This document shows positions 36,895 to 49,914 of a stretch of DNA of 64,000 bases, one piece after another. Below the pieces are notes generated by a model that was not told the DNA's origin, did no database searches, and was given only the letters and a program-made list of their open reading frames with translations. How positions within the stretch are numbered: position 1 is the first letter of the stretch; every line of letters begins with the position of its first letter. The stretch comes from Stegostoma tigrinum (lineage: Eukaryota): contig NC_081381.1 in assembly GCF_030684315.1 (NCBI RefSeq), positions 9,296,566-9,360,565 on the forward strand. The letters run 5' to 3'. The position numbers were made by a program, and so were the translations under genes.

Positions 36895-38872
36895 TCACCA
36901 GTTTTCGGGAGTTAACTCTTTTATTCCCAATCAGCTCCTGATTTACGAATGTCTGATTTATGAATACTCATATGTATGACCTTCTCCCATATAGGAGTGT
37001 ATTAATATTCATATTAAAGGTCTGACATCAGAACATTTTTTGTATTTACAAAAGCTTGTTTTATATTGTCCAGTATTGTGTTTTGACTCTTTGCTGTATG
37101 AATGTGTGTCCTGCGAATGAACTGGAGAATAGAACTTGTACACAACCTGGGGGGATTGCCTGTACTCTTGACTGCTTCATTGTTATTTGATTAAGTAAAT
37201 TCATTGTTTAAAGATGATAGCACTCTGGAATCCATGTGACATTTCCTATTTTCTGTGTCTTCAATTTCAGAATGCTGCAGGTTCATTACTTAGGAATACA
37301 TCTCTATTATTACAATCCAAACGCTTAATCTGTGTTCTGGTTTCAATTATTTTTCTTCTCTTTTGTTTGAGTTCCAACCCTTGTCACTGTACTCATTTTT
37401 CCCTTGTTGAAAAGACATTTATGGAATCTGTCTATATTGTTCAGCAAATAGCTCTTCATTCAGTAACTGAGAGAACAGACTAGTTACCTTCCATTTTCTC
37501 CTCTCTAAGGCATTTCTATTGTGCGACCTTATGAGACCTTCAGCGGAAGTAAAGAAATCCAACCTTGAATTCTCATTACATGTGGGTCATTGTCTTTCAG
37601 TAAAAATCTGCTACATTTACTCAAAGGTCCCGCAGTCACTGAATTCTCATTATTATCTGCATGACAGCGTTGAGGTGTTGGAATGCTAGAATTCTTTAGA
37701 AGATAGTTCTTGGCGATTTACTGAGAAGGGCGTATTGTGGAAGGGTACTTTTCTCAGTTTATCATTTCTGCATCATCCAAAATATCGATTCAGACAATCT
37801 AGTTCTCACAAATCATTGCCTGTTATCTCCCCTTCCCCACACTATTCTTTTAGATACACGCTCCAACTGATTCTTGATATGTATTGTGCACAACAGTTTA
37901 CAAGCTTGTGTTAGTCTTGTGCAAACAGAATGAAAAATAATGCTAAATTTAGTTTTAAATATGTTAATTCATAATCTGATCTTCCAAATAACAACAGTTT
38001 AAGGCTCTGATACTGTATTTGTGGTTTTCATTGAAATGGTTAATCGTGATTGTTGTAATGGAAAGTCATCAAATCTATTGGAAGCATGAACCTGGTTTAT
38101 CTTTTATTATTGTTTGGAATCTAATTGTGGAAACTGATCTAAATAATCTTCTATTTGAATTCAGAAATACACAGTAATTGGAAAATAACTACAATAGAAT
38201 CAAAAAATACAGAACATCTTTCTGCCTACCCCCAAAAGTGTGAATTATTTTTTAAAATAGAATTTAACCTCTGAAATTCTTAATAAATGCTGAAAACGTT
38301 CCCAAATACATAATACAGTTCCTTCCAGCTAAATTATATGATTGTAGGGTCTGTTTTTGTACTGAACATCTCTATGAATGTGACTTTATATAAATTTACA
38401 GGCAGCTGTGGTGGATTTAATATTATTTTTGTGTCCAATGTTGTGGTCATTGTACCATCACTGAACTTCAGTCTTGATGAAAAGAGACACTTTTGTAGAA
38501 AGTCATTTGGAAGTTGTTTGTTTCGTTGGAATACTGCGATATAGGCTGTCCGCAAAGGCAATATCGGAGTGCACTCAAAGCAAATAGCTCACTGTGGGCA
38601 AGGACATTGGCAGTAGGCTTTCCTAGACAGGGTCTCCAACCTGCTGGTTCATTTTTGTAAGTATGTGAATAGTCCTGGGCTCAATGGGAAATGGGGTGCA
38701 CTTTGGAGCTGTAGGCTTTGATCTTGGAAAAATCAAGATCGCCTATCTCAGGATACGACAGGAAAATTACAACATTTTAAGCCAAAAATCATCTTGGGAC
38801 AAAGTTTACCCAAGATTAACTATTATACAATATACACAGTGTTTGCCAGATGATACATGCAATGTCAGATAA

Positions 38873-39768
38873 CACTTCTCAGTAGAAAAAAGTATGTTTT
38901 GGGTGGCTCATGATTCGGTGGTTAGCACTGCTGCCTCACACTGCCAGGGACCCGGGTTCAATTCCACCGTCAGGTTTCTATCCTGGAAAAGCAGGACTGC
39001 TGTTCACCGAGCAGAAGGGATTGAGGGGAATTGTGACCAAAGGTTTCAAAATTATGAAAATTTGAGGAGAATTGGCTTTCTATCGTTAGACAGTCCGCAA
39101 CGAGTGGCTACAAATTTAAGAGAATTGCCAAAGAGCAAGACATAGATGAAATATTTCCTTACAACCAAGGATGCATAATTTTAAGTTGAGAGGAGAAAGA
39201 TTTTAAAAAAGAAATGAGGTGCAGCTTTTTTTACACAGAGTGGTTAGTGTGTGGAATTAACTTCCTGAGGAAGTGTGGATGCAGTTGCAGTTACAACATT
39301 TAAAAGACATTTGGATAAGTACATAAATAGGAACGGTTTGGAGAGATATGGGCCAAGCGCAGGCAGGTGGGACTAGTTTAGTTTACGATCGTGGTCAGCA
39401 TGGACTAGTTGGACCAAAGGATCTGTCTCCATGCTGTACGTGTCTATGACCTGTTGCCAAAACTTCACATCTTGGACTTGTGAGGACGCGCACACCAATA
39501 TTAAATTGGTTAAAGGAAAAGTCCTGCAGATCCTGGAAATCTGAAACAAACACAGGGAATATAGGAGAAACTTAGCAAGTCTGGCAGCATCTATGGTAAA
39601 TAAATGGGGGGAAAGAATCACAGTAATTTTAGTGATGGGATGGTTGCTCAGTTGTGCGTGATATCACTTCTCAGTAGAAAAAAGTATATTTTGGGTGGCC
39701 CATGATTCAGTGGTTAGCACTGCTGCCTCACACTGCCAGGGATCTGGGTTCAATTCCACCATCAGGTT
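38873..39768 (+). repeat. 104-bp direct duplication (38873-38976 and 39665-39768)
   Basis: Both copies read cacttctcagtagaaaaaagtat..SINE head..tcaggtt. Confidence 0.85.
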
Positions 39769-39982
39769 ACTGTCTGTGTGGAGTTTGCACATTCACCCTG
39801 TGTCTTCCAGGTGCTCCTGTTTCCTCCCACAGTCCAAAAATGTGCAGGTTAGGTGAATTGCCCATGGGAAAATGCATGCTTACAGGGATTGGGTAGGGTG
39901 TGAGCTTGAGTGGGATGCTTACCAGAGGGTCAGTGTGGACTCATTGGGCCGAATGACCTGCTTCGATTAGGGATTCTATGAT
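39690..39982 (+). mobile_element. HE1/V-SINE-like SINE
   Basis: tRNA-like head, V-domain and CR1-like tail gggattctatg. Confidence 0.8.
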
Positions 39983-41929
39983 GCTGTAAAACAGATCCAG
40001 CAGAGGGCATTGGGCAGTCCGGAGTGCCTCCTTGTGGGTCTGCTCCTGGTACTGGCTAGGCTGATTACAAACAGGCCCAGGCAGTGGGGTCATATCTGCT
40101 GACTGCCTGCCCCTCTTCCATGGTTATGTTTTTGCCTGGGTGTCATTGAAGAGGGAGCACATTGTATCCATCAATGCTCTTGATGCCTTTAGAGAGAGGT
40201 ATGGGATACAGTGCTTCATTTCCCCTCCAAGTCCATTTTGATCTAGCCCATTTTCTCTCTCCCTACCAACCCCTCATCTTTAATAGTTTACAAGCCTTTT
40301 GCAGTTAATATAAACTTCTGATTGGCTGCACAGATGATTTACTGGTGGTGGTTAATAGTTTAAAGCAGACAGCTCTGAGATGCAGTGTGGTTCGATGCAT
40401 GAGATTGGTGCACATACCCAGTGCTAGCAGCAGCAGTTCAGTAAAGTACGGGCCTGTACTGTAACTGAATCAAGCATGTGTCCTGATGATGTGATATGTT
40501 TGGAATGTGTCACATGCCAATGTGAGTGAACAGCAGCATAGTCAGTCACTACCCCTGAGATGTTGGTCTCAGTATCCAAGATGGAGGATTGGAGGAGCAG
40601 GTAGTTAGCTGGAGTCATGAGGCAAATGCTCTGATGTTCATGTCGGGAATTCTTAGGATATTGTTTCAACAGAACAGGCAGGAAAATGGAAACTACGTCT
40701 TAATGAGGTGAGCTTAGGAAATTATGAGATGCTAACGCCTGCAAATAAACTTCTTGCTGCTCACAAGTGAGAATTTTGTCTCACTGTTCAAGCTCTTAAT
40801 TGGATGGTGGGAGTGGTTTGTCCTGACATTGAGAAGCTCCTTATCACAATCTCGTGATTTTCTCAACTTTCCCACCATTGTCCACATTGTTCGGGGCCTG
40901 GGAAAATTCTCCTCACCTGTTTTCAAAAATGATTCCCATTTCTCAATTCTCCCTCAACAGAAAATATCCTGTCTTCAGTCACCCTGTGGAGACCCTCAGA
41001 TTTTTGTATCTTTCAGTCAAGTCACCTCTTACTCTTCTAAACTTCAGGGGTTACAGCCCAGCCTGTCCTAGCTCTCCTTATAAGACAAGCCACCCATTCC
41101 AGTTATTACTCTAGGAAACCTCCTCCATCCCTCCTTCCTGAACAGTTGGTCTCTATGTGCTCCATTCTATTCAGGGGAATTGTAGTGTCAAGGGAATTAG
41201 ATCTTTAACCTAACTATAGCTACTGAGCGTGTGCAAAAGGAGCAATGATATGGAGAAGTTGGGTCACATGAAGCTGGAGTGTGAGCCAACAGAGCTCCAG
41301 TTGAAATGCCCTCTCTTACCACTCTCTCTGTGTCATTCCATTTAACAAAACCTGTCAATGTGCACCTCACTTTGGTCAGAAGCTGTTCCAGAATTTGGGA
41401 ATTCTAGAAGATCGTGACACACAAAGAGTCCTGGTTTGATTTAATCAGAGTGGGATTAGAGTGATGTTCCCTCAGCGATCTACATGAGGCCAGCCTGGAC
41501 TGCAAGCTTCTGCTGCACCTGACCCCACAAGGATCCCAAATTCAATCCCTATATTCTTTTATTCACCACCATGACTGTGATCCATGGGCAGTCATCATAA
41601 TGTTAACCTTTAAACCCTGTGGTTCAGATATTGGGCCCCACGTGAGCAGGAATATTTTATGAATGAGAAGACTGTGGGTACTCTGTTGTGTATAAACAGT
41701 CACTGTATTCATATTACAATATTAGGTGACAGAAAATGTGTTTTTGTGTGTACATGTGTTATGTGCCTATTTTTGCTTCTATGTAAAGCTGGGATTGCTC
41801 GATATTTTCACACTTCTCATGCACGTAAAAGAACCAGCACCAAATATAAAGTGCTGAAGAAACTCAGCAGGGCTAGCAGCATTTGTGGAGAGAGAATCAG
41901 GTTAATGTATCGAGTCTGGTGTGACTTAA

Positions 41930-42390
41930 AGTCATGGAGATATACAGCATGGAAACAGATCTTTTGGTCCAACTTGCCCATGCTGACCAGATATCCTCCC
42001 ATTTGCCAGCATTTGGTCTCTATCCCTCTTGAACCTTCGTCATACACCCATCCAGATGCCTTTTAATCGTTGTAATCATACCAGCCTCCACCACTCCTTC
42101 TGGCAGCTCGTTTCATACACTTACCACCTTCTGCATAAAAATGTAACCCAAAAGGTCCCTTTTAAATCTTTCCTCTCTCACTATAAACCTATGCCCTCTA
42201 GTTTTGGACTCCCCGCCCTAGGAAAGAGAGCTTGGCTGTTCATCCAGTCCATGCCCCTCATGATTTTATAAACCTCTAGAAGGTTATCCTTCAGCCTCCT
42301 ATGCTCCAGGGAAATTAGCCCCAGTCTATTCAGCCTTTCCCTACACCTCAAATCTTCCAACCCTGGCAACATTCTCATAAATCTTCTTCG
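41930..42390 (-). mobile_element. CR1 LINE 3' fragment
   Basis: RRFMRMLPGLE..VYKIMRGMD motif. Confidence 0.85.
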
Positions 42391-45300
42391 GAACAGGAAG
42401 ATCCAGCAGTCGTGACGGTGACTCAACATTCCTCACTTTGTATCTAGTGACTGTGCCTTCAGGGACTGATGCCCTCAGAGCTGGAGTTTCCTCTCCAAAT
42501 CCCCTCAGCCTCTCAACACCACTCTTCATTTTCAGATGTTCCTTAATATTGACTTCCTTGAGCAATCTTTTGATCACTTGTTCCAGTATGTCCTTTGTAT
42601 TGTTCTTGGGAAAAGCCTTGTTTATTTCATGGTGCTAAAATGCAAGATAATTACAAACTGATATTGAAGGCTGGATGCAAATTCCAGTCTGACCTTTTTA
42701 AGTGGATGGTAGTCAGTAGCATGTACAAATTTGTACATTTACTTTTTGCTAACCATTTACATCCTTGCGTTCATTATTATGGAAGAAAGCGCAGGAGAAT
42801 ATATTGTTTAATATGAAGAGTAATTTTCATTTAGTGTCAACATTTGCTTTGCATAGAGTAAGAAATTCCTTTTCACCTTCACAGAAATCTGTTCATGTAA
42901 GCAGATTTATTCAGTCCTTTCAGTTTATTGACTTCTAAAGTTTATTGAGTGCAAAGATATTAAAGCCAGAGAATAATGGAACAAAAACAAACGCTGAAGT
43001 GTGGAACGACACTTAGAATTGACCTCTAGAAACTGTGCTGGTTGGAACAATCCAAAACTATTTTGGTATTTTGCTTCTTTTTTTGAAATGTTTAACAGTT
43101 CCCCTGTTAAATTATGTAAGTATCTCTTTTTATACATGAAACTGCTCCAAATGTTCATCTGATGATTTCATTTCAGGTATCCACTTGCTGCTCTCCAGGG
43201 AACCTGAACTGGTTTGCAGCAGAGAAGGGCTCATTTGTGTTTTTGTGTCTGTGCCTGTTCTTTGCTTCAGCACCTCCAAACCTAATGGTTTCTCTTTTCA
43301 ACTCTAAATCTTCCTCGACCACAAATACCTACTCTGTTTTCTCTTTGAAGATTTCATTGATCTTGACCTTAACCATTTTGTCCAGTAAAATTCTTCACAT
43401 TCCTGTGACTCTCTGCTTAAGGAATGTCTCCCTTTCCTCAGTCTTGGTACCAATAGCAAAATAATGAACTTTTGCCACTAATTCCCCAAATAGCCTTACT
43501 TTTTTAAAAAGTTTAAAACTCATCCTTAGTTTGAAAATGCTAAACAATATGTCCTTAGCCTTACTAGCTGCAATGAAAGTTATCGTGTAAAGGCTGGTTT
43601 CTCTGTCAAGAGGTTCTGACCTGCTGACGAGCTTCAGTGATGGTTTCACTGTTCTTTCTCAAAAAGGCTGTTTTAAACTGCGGACTACTCCAAAATATTT
43701 TTCTTTGCAAATTTGATATATCATCTCTACTCTTGTACTTTGTGCCCAAATGAATACCAACTTTCCTTTACCAATGTCTGCATTCCAAATGTTTGTGGGG
43801 AGATGATGAGGTTGTAGTAATGTCACTGGCATAGTAATCTAAACATTCAAGTTAATGCTTTGGGGACATGTAATTTAAGTCCCACCAGAGTGGAATGGCT
43901 GGTAGAAGTTAAATTCAATTAATCAACATTGGAGTTTGGGGGGTTCTTGTGCTGCAGTGATAGTGTCCCAACCTTTGAGCCAGAGGCCTGGGTTCAAGTC
44001 CTATCTGCTCCAGAGTGGTGTCATAACACCTTGCTTATTGTTAACAGATTTATTATTTAAACTAAATCTAATCATCAGTGGTAAACACGATAACTATCAT
44101 CAGTTGATTTATAAAAAAAAACCATGTGGTTCACTGATATCCTTTAGGGAAATAGATCTCTCATTACTGTCAGTCTGGAGTCACAAGTAACAATGCCACT
44201 GACTCTCAGCCACACTCTGAATTAGCCTTAGCAAGCCCTTCAGTTCACAGACAATTTAGGATGTGCTACAATGTTGGCCTGGCCAGCAACACCCATATCC
44301 CAATGGAAAATAAGGAAAAATTCTAAATGATCTACAATTGTAACTGGATTACTTGACATATTGGGTCTGATATCACACATGTTGGCAATTCCTCCTGTGT
44401 TCTGCAGAAGTGACCATTGTATGTTGTTTGAGGTTCAGTAGTAAATTTGGTCATTATCTGTTATAGCAGATTTTTCAATCATACTTGATGCTGTATTTCA
44501 GATTAGCCTTCACTCTGGAGAATCAGGATGGAGATTAAGTTTCTTCACTCATTGTGAGTTCTGAGACACATTGTGGCCACTATCAGTCATTCCTTTCAAA
44601 CTGGAAGATGGCATGTGACATTTACAAAAACAAGATGCTACATGGAAATCTGAATTCAAAACACAAAATCCTGCAAAAATCAAGGAGATCTGGCAGCATC
44701 TCTAGGAAGAGAAAAAGTTACAGTTTCATAATCTGATGAACTCTTGCTGCCATATCTCTCGAGAGTTTTGTTTGAATCTCAAATAGATACAAACTGTACA
44801 TATTTAAACAGTAACAAAGCTTTTCAAGAGGATAGCCAGTTCATCTCAATGAATAGTGAAGTAAAAGACAGCTCACCTTCCACAGGAAAGACAAGCGGTT
44901 TTGAGACTCAATTTTTATGGTTAATGAAAACAAAACATGTCTGAATCCTCTCTGCCTGTGGTGAAGAGTGAGGAAATATTACAGCCAAATTACGAAAGAA
45001 GTAATGCTCCTTTACACAATGAGCTACTGTCATATAGCATGCACGACCAGAGAGGCTGGGGGAAGCAGATTCATCACTGTGAGAATTAGACAAAGACTTG
45101 AAAGTTTTGCCTTAAAATACAAAAGGAAGACTAGTTGAGAACTTTCTATTATTTATTTCAGTGGGTCATGACTTTTGACTTGTGAAGGAACACACTTTGA
45201 TACATTCCAATAAAGGGTCATTGACCTGAGATGTTAACTCTGCTTCTCTCTACAGATAATGACTGGTGAGTATTTCTAACATTTTATATTTTAATTTCAG

Positions 45301-45899
45301 GTTTTAAGCATCTGTGGTGTTTGAATCCTGTAAGGGAGTGATCTTTGAGAAATCCTGAACTCTTTAAAAGGTTTCAAAGAACAGCAAAATGTTGTGGCTG
45401 CTGGGAGATCTGAAATTAAAACAGAAAATGCTGTAGAAACTCAGCAGGTCTGGTAGCAACTCTGCAGCAAGAAACAGAGTTAATGCTTTCGGTCTCATCT
45501 GACTCTTCTCCTCCTGCATGGTTTCTTCAGTCCTTTCTGATTTTAACTTGAAAAGGATTGCCTTTCCAGCATTGTAGAAACACGGGCATTCTGCTTGATC
45601 TGACTTTGAAGCTGTAATGCGAAGTACAGGGGTAGTAGCAGATAACTGCACAGGCTGTTGAAGAGGACACACCAAAGTATATCATTCACCTGCAAGGTGT
45701 TGAAGAACAGACCAGCTTCACAAGGTAACAGCATGTATGGCAGCATCTGGTTCACCAGGGAGTCCGTGTTTGGGCTCTTCCAGTTGTTCACCCAAGAACT
45801 ATAGCACGGACCCAGTGGGTTACCAGAACTTCCTGACCTCATGGGGGCGCTATTCACTGAACATTTATGCATCAGGCTTTCTTCAGTATCCAATAGATG

Positions 45900-46930
45900 A
45901 CGTCATACAATACCAGATGGAAATGTAAACTGTAGGGAGTACATTAAGCAGCTGAAAAGAGACAGTTTAAGGGGGTGAGCAATAATGTGTCAGATGGCCT
46001 CTAATCGGATCATCCATGATCCCATTGAATGGGCTGAAAGGGCTGTATAGCCTTCTCGTTTCTTATTTGTATCTTTGTATAATGTGGGCAACTGTGGAGT
46101 TACCAACTTAAATCTTGAGAATGGAGTAGTGATTGGAACGAGATCAACCAGGTGCATCTCGCAGAATATGAGTTCCCTAATTGGGGCTGTTAACCTGGTC
46201 CTATCAGGGAGCCCTGGGTAACAGATATAAACAGGAGTGCCAGACATCCAGTTCACTCCAGGACCTGGGTCTGAGCTAGCTGGGTCTGTGCCATGTACTA
46301 TGCACTTGTAAATAAAGGGTGACTTGGTGAAGGATTTTGGCCTTTGTGGAATTATTTCAAACAGGAGAGGAGAATCTTTATCTTGGGTGTATTTGTAGAA
46401 GAAATTCAGAATATTAAATTATGGATACAGCAAATAATTAGGAAAGTATGTGGCTCCTTGGCTTTTATTGCAAAGCAATTAGAGTACAGGAACAAAGAAA
46501 TCTTGTTACAGTTGTACAGAAATTGGTGAGACCTCATCTGAAATATTGTGTACATTTTGGTCTTCAAATTTATGGAAACATACACTTATATTAGAGGTAG
46601 TGCAGCAAAGGTTCACCAGATTTGTTTCTTTGTTGAGGGGGTTATTGTAAGATGAGCAGGTGGATCAATTGGGCTGATATTCGCTGGAATTAAGAGAGAT
46701 TTTTGAGACATTGATAATTCTCAAGGGATTTGGCAACTTGATACTGAGAGATTCCCCGATCAACAGAAATAAAAATGGGTGCTTTGTCTTACGAGAAGGA
46801 TCACATCATTTAGGACTGGGATGAAGAAACACTTCTTAACTCAAACAGTTGCAAATCTGAGGAACTTGCTCTAGGCCAGAGAGCTGTGGATTCTCCGTCA
46901 TTGAACACTTTTCTGGATGTGATAGATTGA
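45900..46930 (+). mobile_element. Decayed CR1 LINE with insertions
   Basis: LAFIAKQLEYRNKEILLQLY motif. Confidence 0.7.
46134..46359 (+). mobile_element. Probable solo LTR (~226 bp)
   Basis: TG...CA ends (tggaa/tttca), TATA-like atataaa at ~46225 and AATAAA at ~46310; interrupts a CR1; no clear TSD. Confidence 0.5.
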
Positions 46931-47339
46931 TTTCTTGAGCCATTTGCTGTGCATGTTGTAATCGTGGACATCACAGATAGACTGTCATTGCGTTGAAAAT
47001 TCATATATAGAAAAAAACTTTACAAGACTCAACTGCGTTGGGATCAGCAGAATGAACAACTTCACTACAAGACCTTGAGTACTTCCACATGAGATCAGGA
47101 TCTCAACAAAAAGAGGACCATATTCCTTTCATGCAAAGGCCAATTTATCTGTGCCTGAAGGAAACACATACCACTGGTCAGTGCCCGTTAGTCTCTGCCT
47201 GCCTTTTTTAAAATGAGTACTTTGCATCTGTATTCACCCCACTGAAGGACAACAAGGTATCAGGAACAGTTTAAAGAATTAGCATTGAGATGCTGAAAAT
47301 ATTGGTGGCTTTAGTGGTTACATACCAAAGCCCATATGA

Positions 47340-48195
47340 GATAGAATCATAGAATCCCGATAGTGTGGAGGGCAGACCATTTGGCCAATTGAGTCCATGA
47401 TGACCCTCTGAAGAACATCTCACCCAGACCCACTCTTTAACCTATCCCTGTAACCTTGCACTTCCCATAGCTTACACATATAATCATAGAGTCATAGAGC
47501 TGTACAGCATGGAAACAGACCCTTCAGTCAAAAATGTCCATGCCAGCCAGATATTCTGAATTAATCTGATCCCATTTTCCAGAATTTGGCCCATATTCCT
47601 TCTAAGCCTTTCTATTCAATTACCCATCCAGATGCCTTTTAAATGTTGTAATTGTACCAGCCTCCACCACTTCCTCTCATAGCACATCCCATACACACAC
47701 CATCCTCTACATGAAAAAGTTGCCCCTCAGGTCCCTTTTAAATCTTTCTCCTCTCACCTTAAACCTATGCTTTATAATTTTGGACTTTCCTACCCCTGGG
47801 AAAAGATCTTTTCTATTCACCCTATCCATGCCGTTCATAATTTTATAAACCTCTAGAAGGTCACGCCCCCCCCAGCCTCCAGTGATTCAGGAAAATAGCC
47901 TCAGCTTTTTGAGGCTCTCCCTATAGCACACACCCTCCAATTCTGGCAACAGCCTTTTAAATCTTTTCTGAACCATTTTGAGTTTCACAACATCTTCCTA
48001 TAGCAGGGAAACCAAATTGAGTGCAGTATTCCAGAAGTAGCCTAACCTTTGGACTGTGGGAGGAAACTGGAGCACCCAGTGGGGACCCACACAGACATGG
48101 GGAAAATAGGCACCCGTCTGTGTGGAGTTTGCCCAAGAGTGGAATTGAATCTGGGTCCCTATTGCTATGAGGCAATTGTGCTGATCACTGGGACA
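47340..48195 (-). mobile_element. CR1 3' fragment (~47480-48040) nested in a minus-strand V-SINE-like element
   Basis: SINE tail catagaatccc at 47348 and SINE body tggactgtgggaggaaactggagcaccc at 48050 flank CR1 sequence. Confidence 0.65.
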
Positions 48196-48484
48196 CGGTG
48201 CCTCAGAGACGCAAAAGAGGAGATTGCAGAGGTTCTAACATTAATTTTCAAATCCTCTCTTACCACAGGTACGGCACTGGAGGACTGCTAATATGATACC
48301 AATATTCAAGAATATTGGTAAATTTCCAATCCATCCTTTACCATCTTTCCATAACTTTAAACTCATTACATAGCCAAATATTCTGCATTTTTGAAAGGGT
48401 GCAATATAAAAAATATTTCTTCGCATATGTGTTTAGATAAGGTGTTCCAAGGGTGGTGGTAGATCATGGCTGACGAAAATGGTA

Positions 48485-48900
48485 ATGTGGAGGTGCTGGT
48501 GTTGGACTGGGGTGGACAAGGTCAAAAATTACTCGACACCAGGTTATAGTCCAACAGGTTTATTTGAAATCACAAGCCTTCGGTGCTTCTTATTTTGTCT
48601 CCAGCACCACCTTATTTTTGACTTTTTGTAAGTATCTCTCTGCCTCCTTTAATAGGATTATAGGTCATCCTTTTGCTTGTTATTCACATCACCAAACACT
48701 TTGGATTGCCTGCAGAGAATTATTATTGGACACTCCAGTCACACTATTTGTATAGTGTTTTGATCTCCCTGCCCATAAATTCTGTGTGCTTCTGTATCAT
48801 TTGACCTGACCAAGGGGCTATACCCTGGAAGTTTGTTATTTCAAGTAAACCCCCAGTTGGCTTATAACCACATGTGGTGTGATTTCTGATTTGGACAAAA
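48485..48900. mobile_element. Third pLTR-like family with inverted ends
   Basis: ttatagtccaacaggtttatttgaaat is mirrored by atttcaagtaaaccccagttggcttataa. Confidence 0.45.
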
Positions 48901-49369
48901 GTGGAACGGTGGGTGTGGCGAACCATTGTAGATCAACGCTAAAGTGAGCAAGATGTGCTGCAATGTAAAGCTTGAAGTCACGTCGTGTAACAACGTGGAA
49001 GACTTTGGAGCAAGGATTTTCTACACAGCTTTCTAGAGTGGGACTCCGAGAGGTCGACATGATTGAGGAGTGTAGGGGGCCTTGGAATGAATAGGATAAC
49101 ATCAGTTTTAAAGTGATTTCTTTCTCTTTGGTGCTCCGTTCAGGTCTCTACGGCGGCAGGATAGTGCACAGGCAGCGCTGTTACTGATGTGAGGTCTGTG
49201 CTGTGTACGGTCCATGTTTCTGCTGGATGCAGGAGGGTGCTAAGTGAGCATGGCTGCTCTGGTACACGTTTCGCGAGTCACAGCCTTTACAAGTGGTGCC
49301 CAGTGAACAGGGCTCACTCTGTGATTGACAGCAGCTCACCTGCCTGCTTCTGTCAATGACACCGTAAGA

Positions 49370-49793
49370 GGGCGGGGTGAGCCGGGGAACAACCAATCTG
49401 AAGACCTGGTGGGCGGGTGCTAGCCCGGACAATGGGTGTCAGTCATAGACAATGGACAGGAGCGCAAACCAATACAACGTGTATTCTGGAACGCCGCGCC
49501 AATTACGGCCGTTACTGGTGGAATGTGGGCTGGGGCGAGGGGGACTGATGAACAGCGATCTGACCAGTAGAGAGCGAGAAGTGCGAGGGTCCGACCAATG
49601 GGAGCGGGTGGGGTGGGCGGGCCCATAGGCCGTATTTATTTGAAATTCTCGCGAGAGGGCGGCCATGTTCTTTCAGCAGCGGGAGAGCGAGAGGAGCGGA
49701 GCGGAGCGGAGAGCGAGGAGCGAGAGCGCAGGGAGCCCCCCAGCCGAGAGCGGCCCGACTGTACTACCATCCCGCAGGCAGCCTGACAACATC
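49370..49793 (+). promoter_or_regulatory. YBX1 promoter and 5' UTR (the CpG island extends to ~50760)
   Basis: CCAAT at 49393, 49469, 49499, 49595; GC boxes; TATTTATT at 49633; TCTCGCGAGA at 49647-49656; YY1-type GCCATGTT at 49662; purine-rich GAGCG-repeat leader. Confidence 0.8.
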
Positions 49794-49914
49794 ATGAGCG
49801 AGGCCGAGACAGAGCAGCAACCCGAACAGCAACCACAGCAGCAGCCGCCGCCGCCGCAGCAGCAGCAGCAGCAGCCGGACAAACCCAAATCCCCCGGGGA
49901 GAAGAAAGTCATCG
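49794..49914 (+). CDS. YBX1: Y-box binding protein 1 coding exon 1, MSEAETEQQPEQQPQQQPPPPQQQQQQPDKPKSPGEKKVI
   Basis: MSEAET start and EKKVI entry to the cold-shock domain; donor G|GTGGGT. Confidence 0.93.

Noticed and set aside
36920-37165. Tigger-like DNA transposon
   Set aside because: Only one plausible terminal repeat (acaacctggggggattgcctgta); the partner end could not be confirmed.
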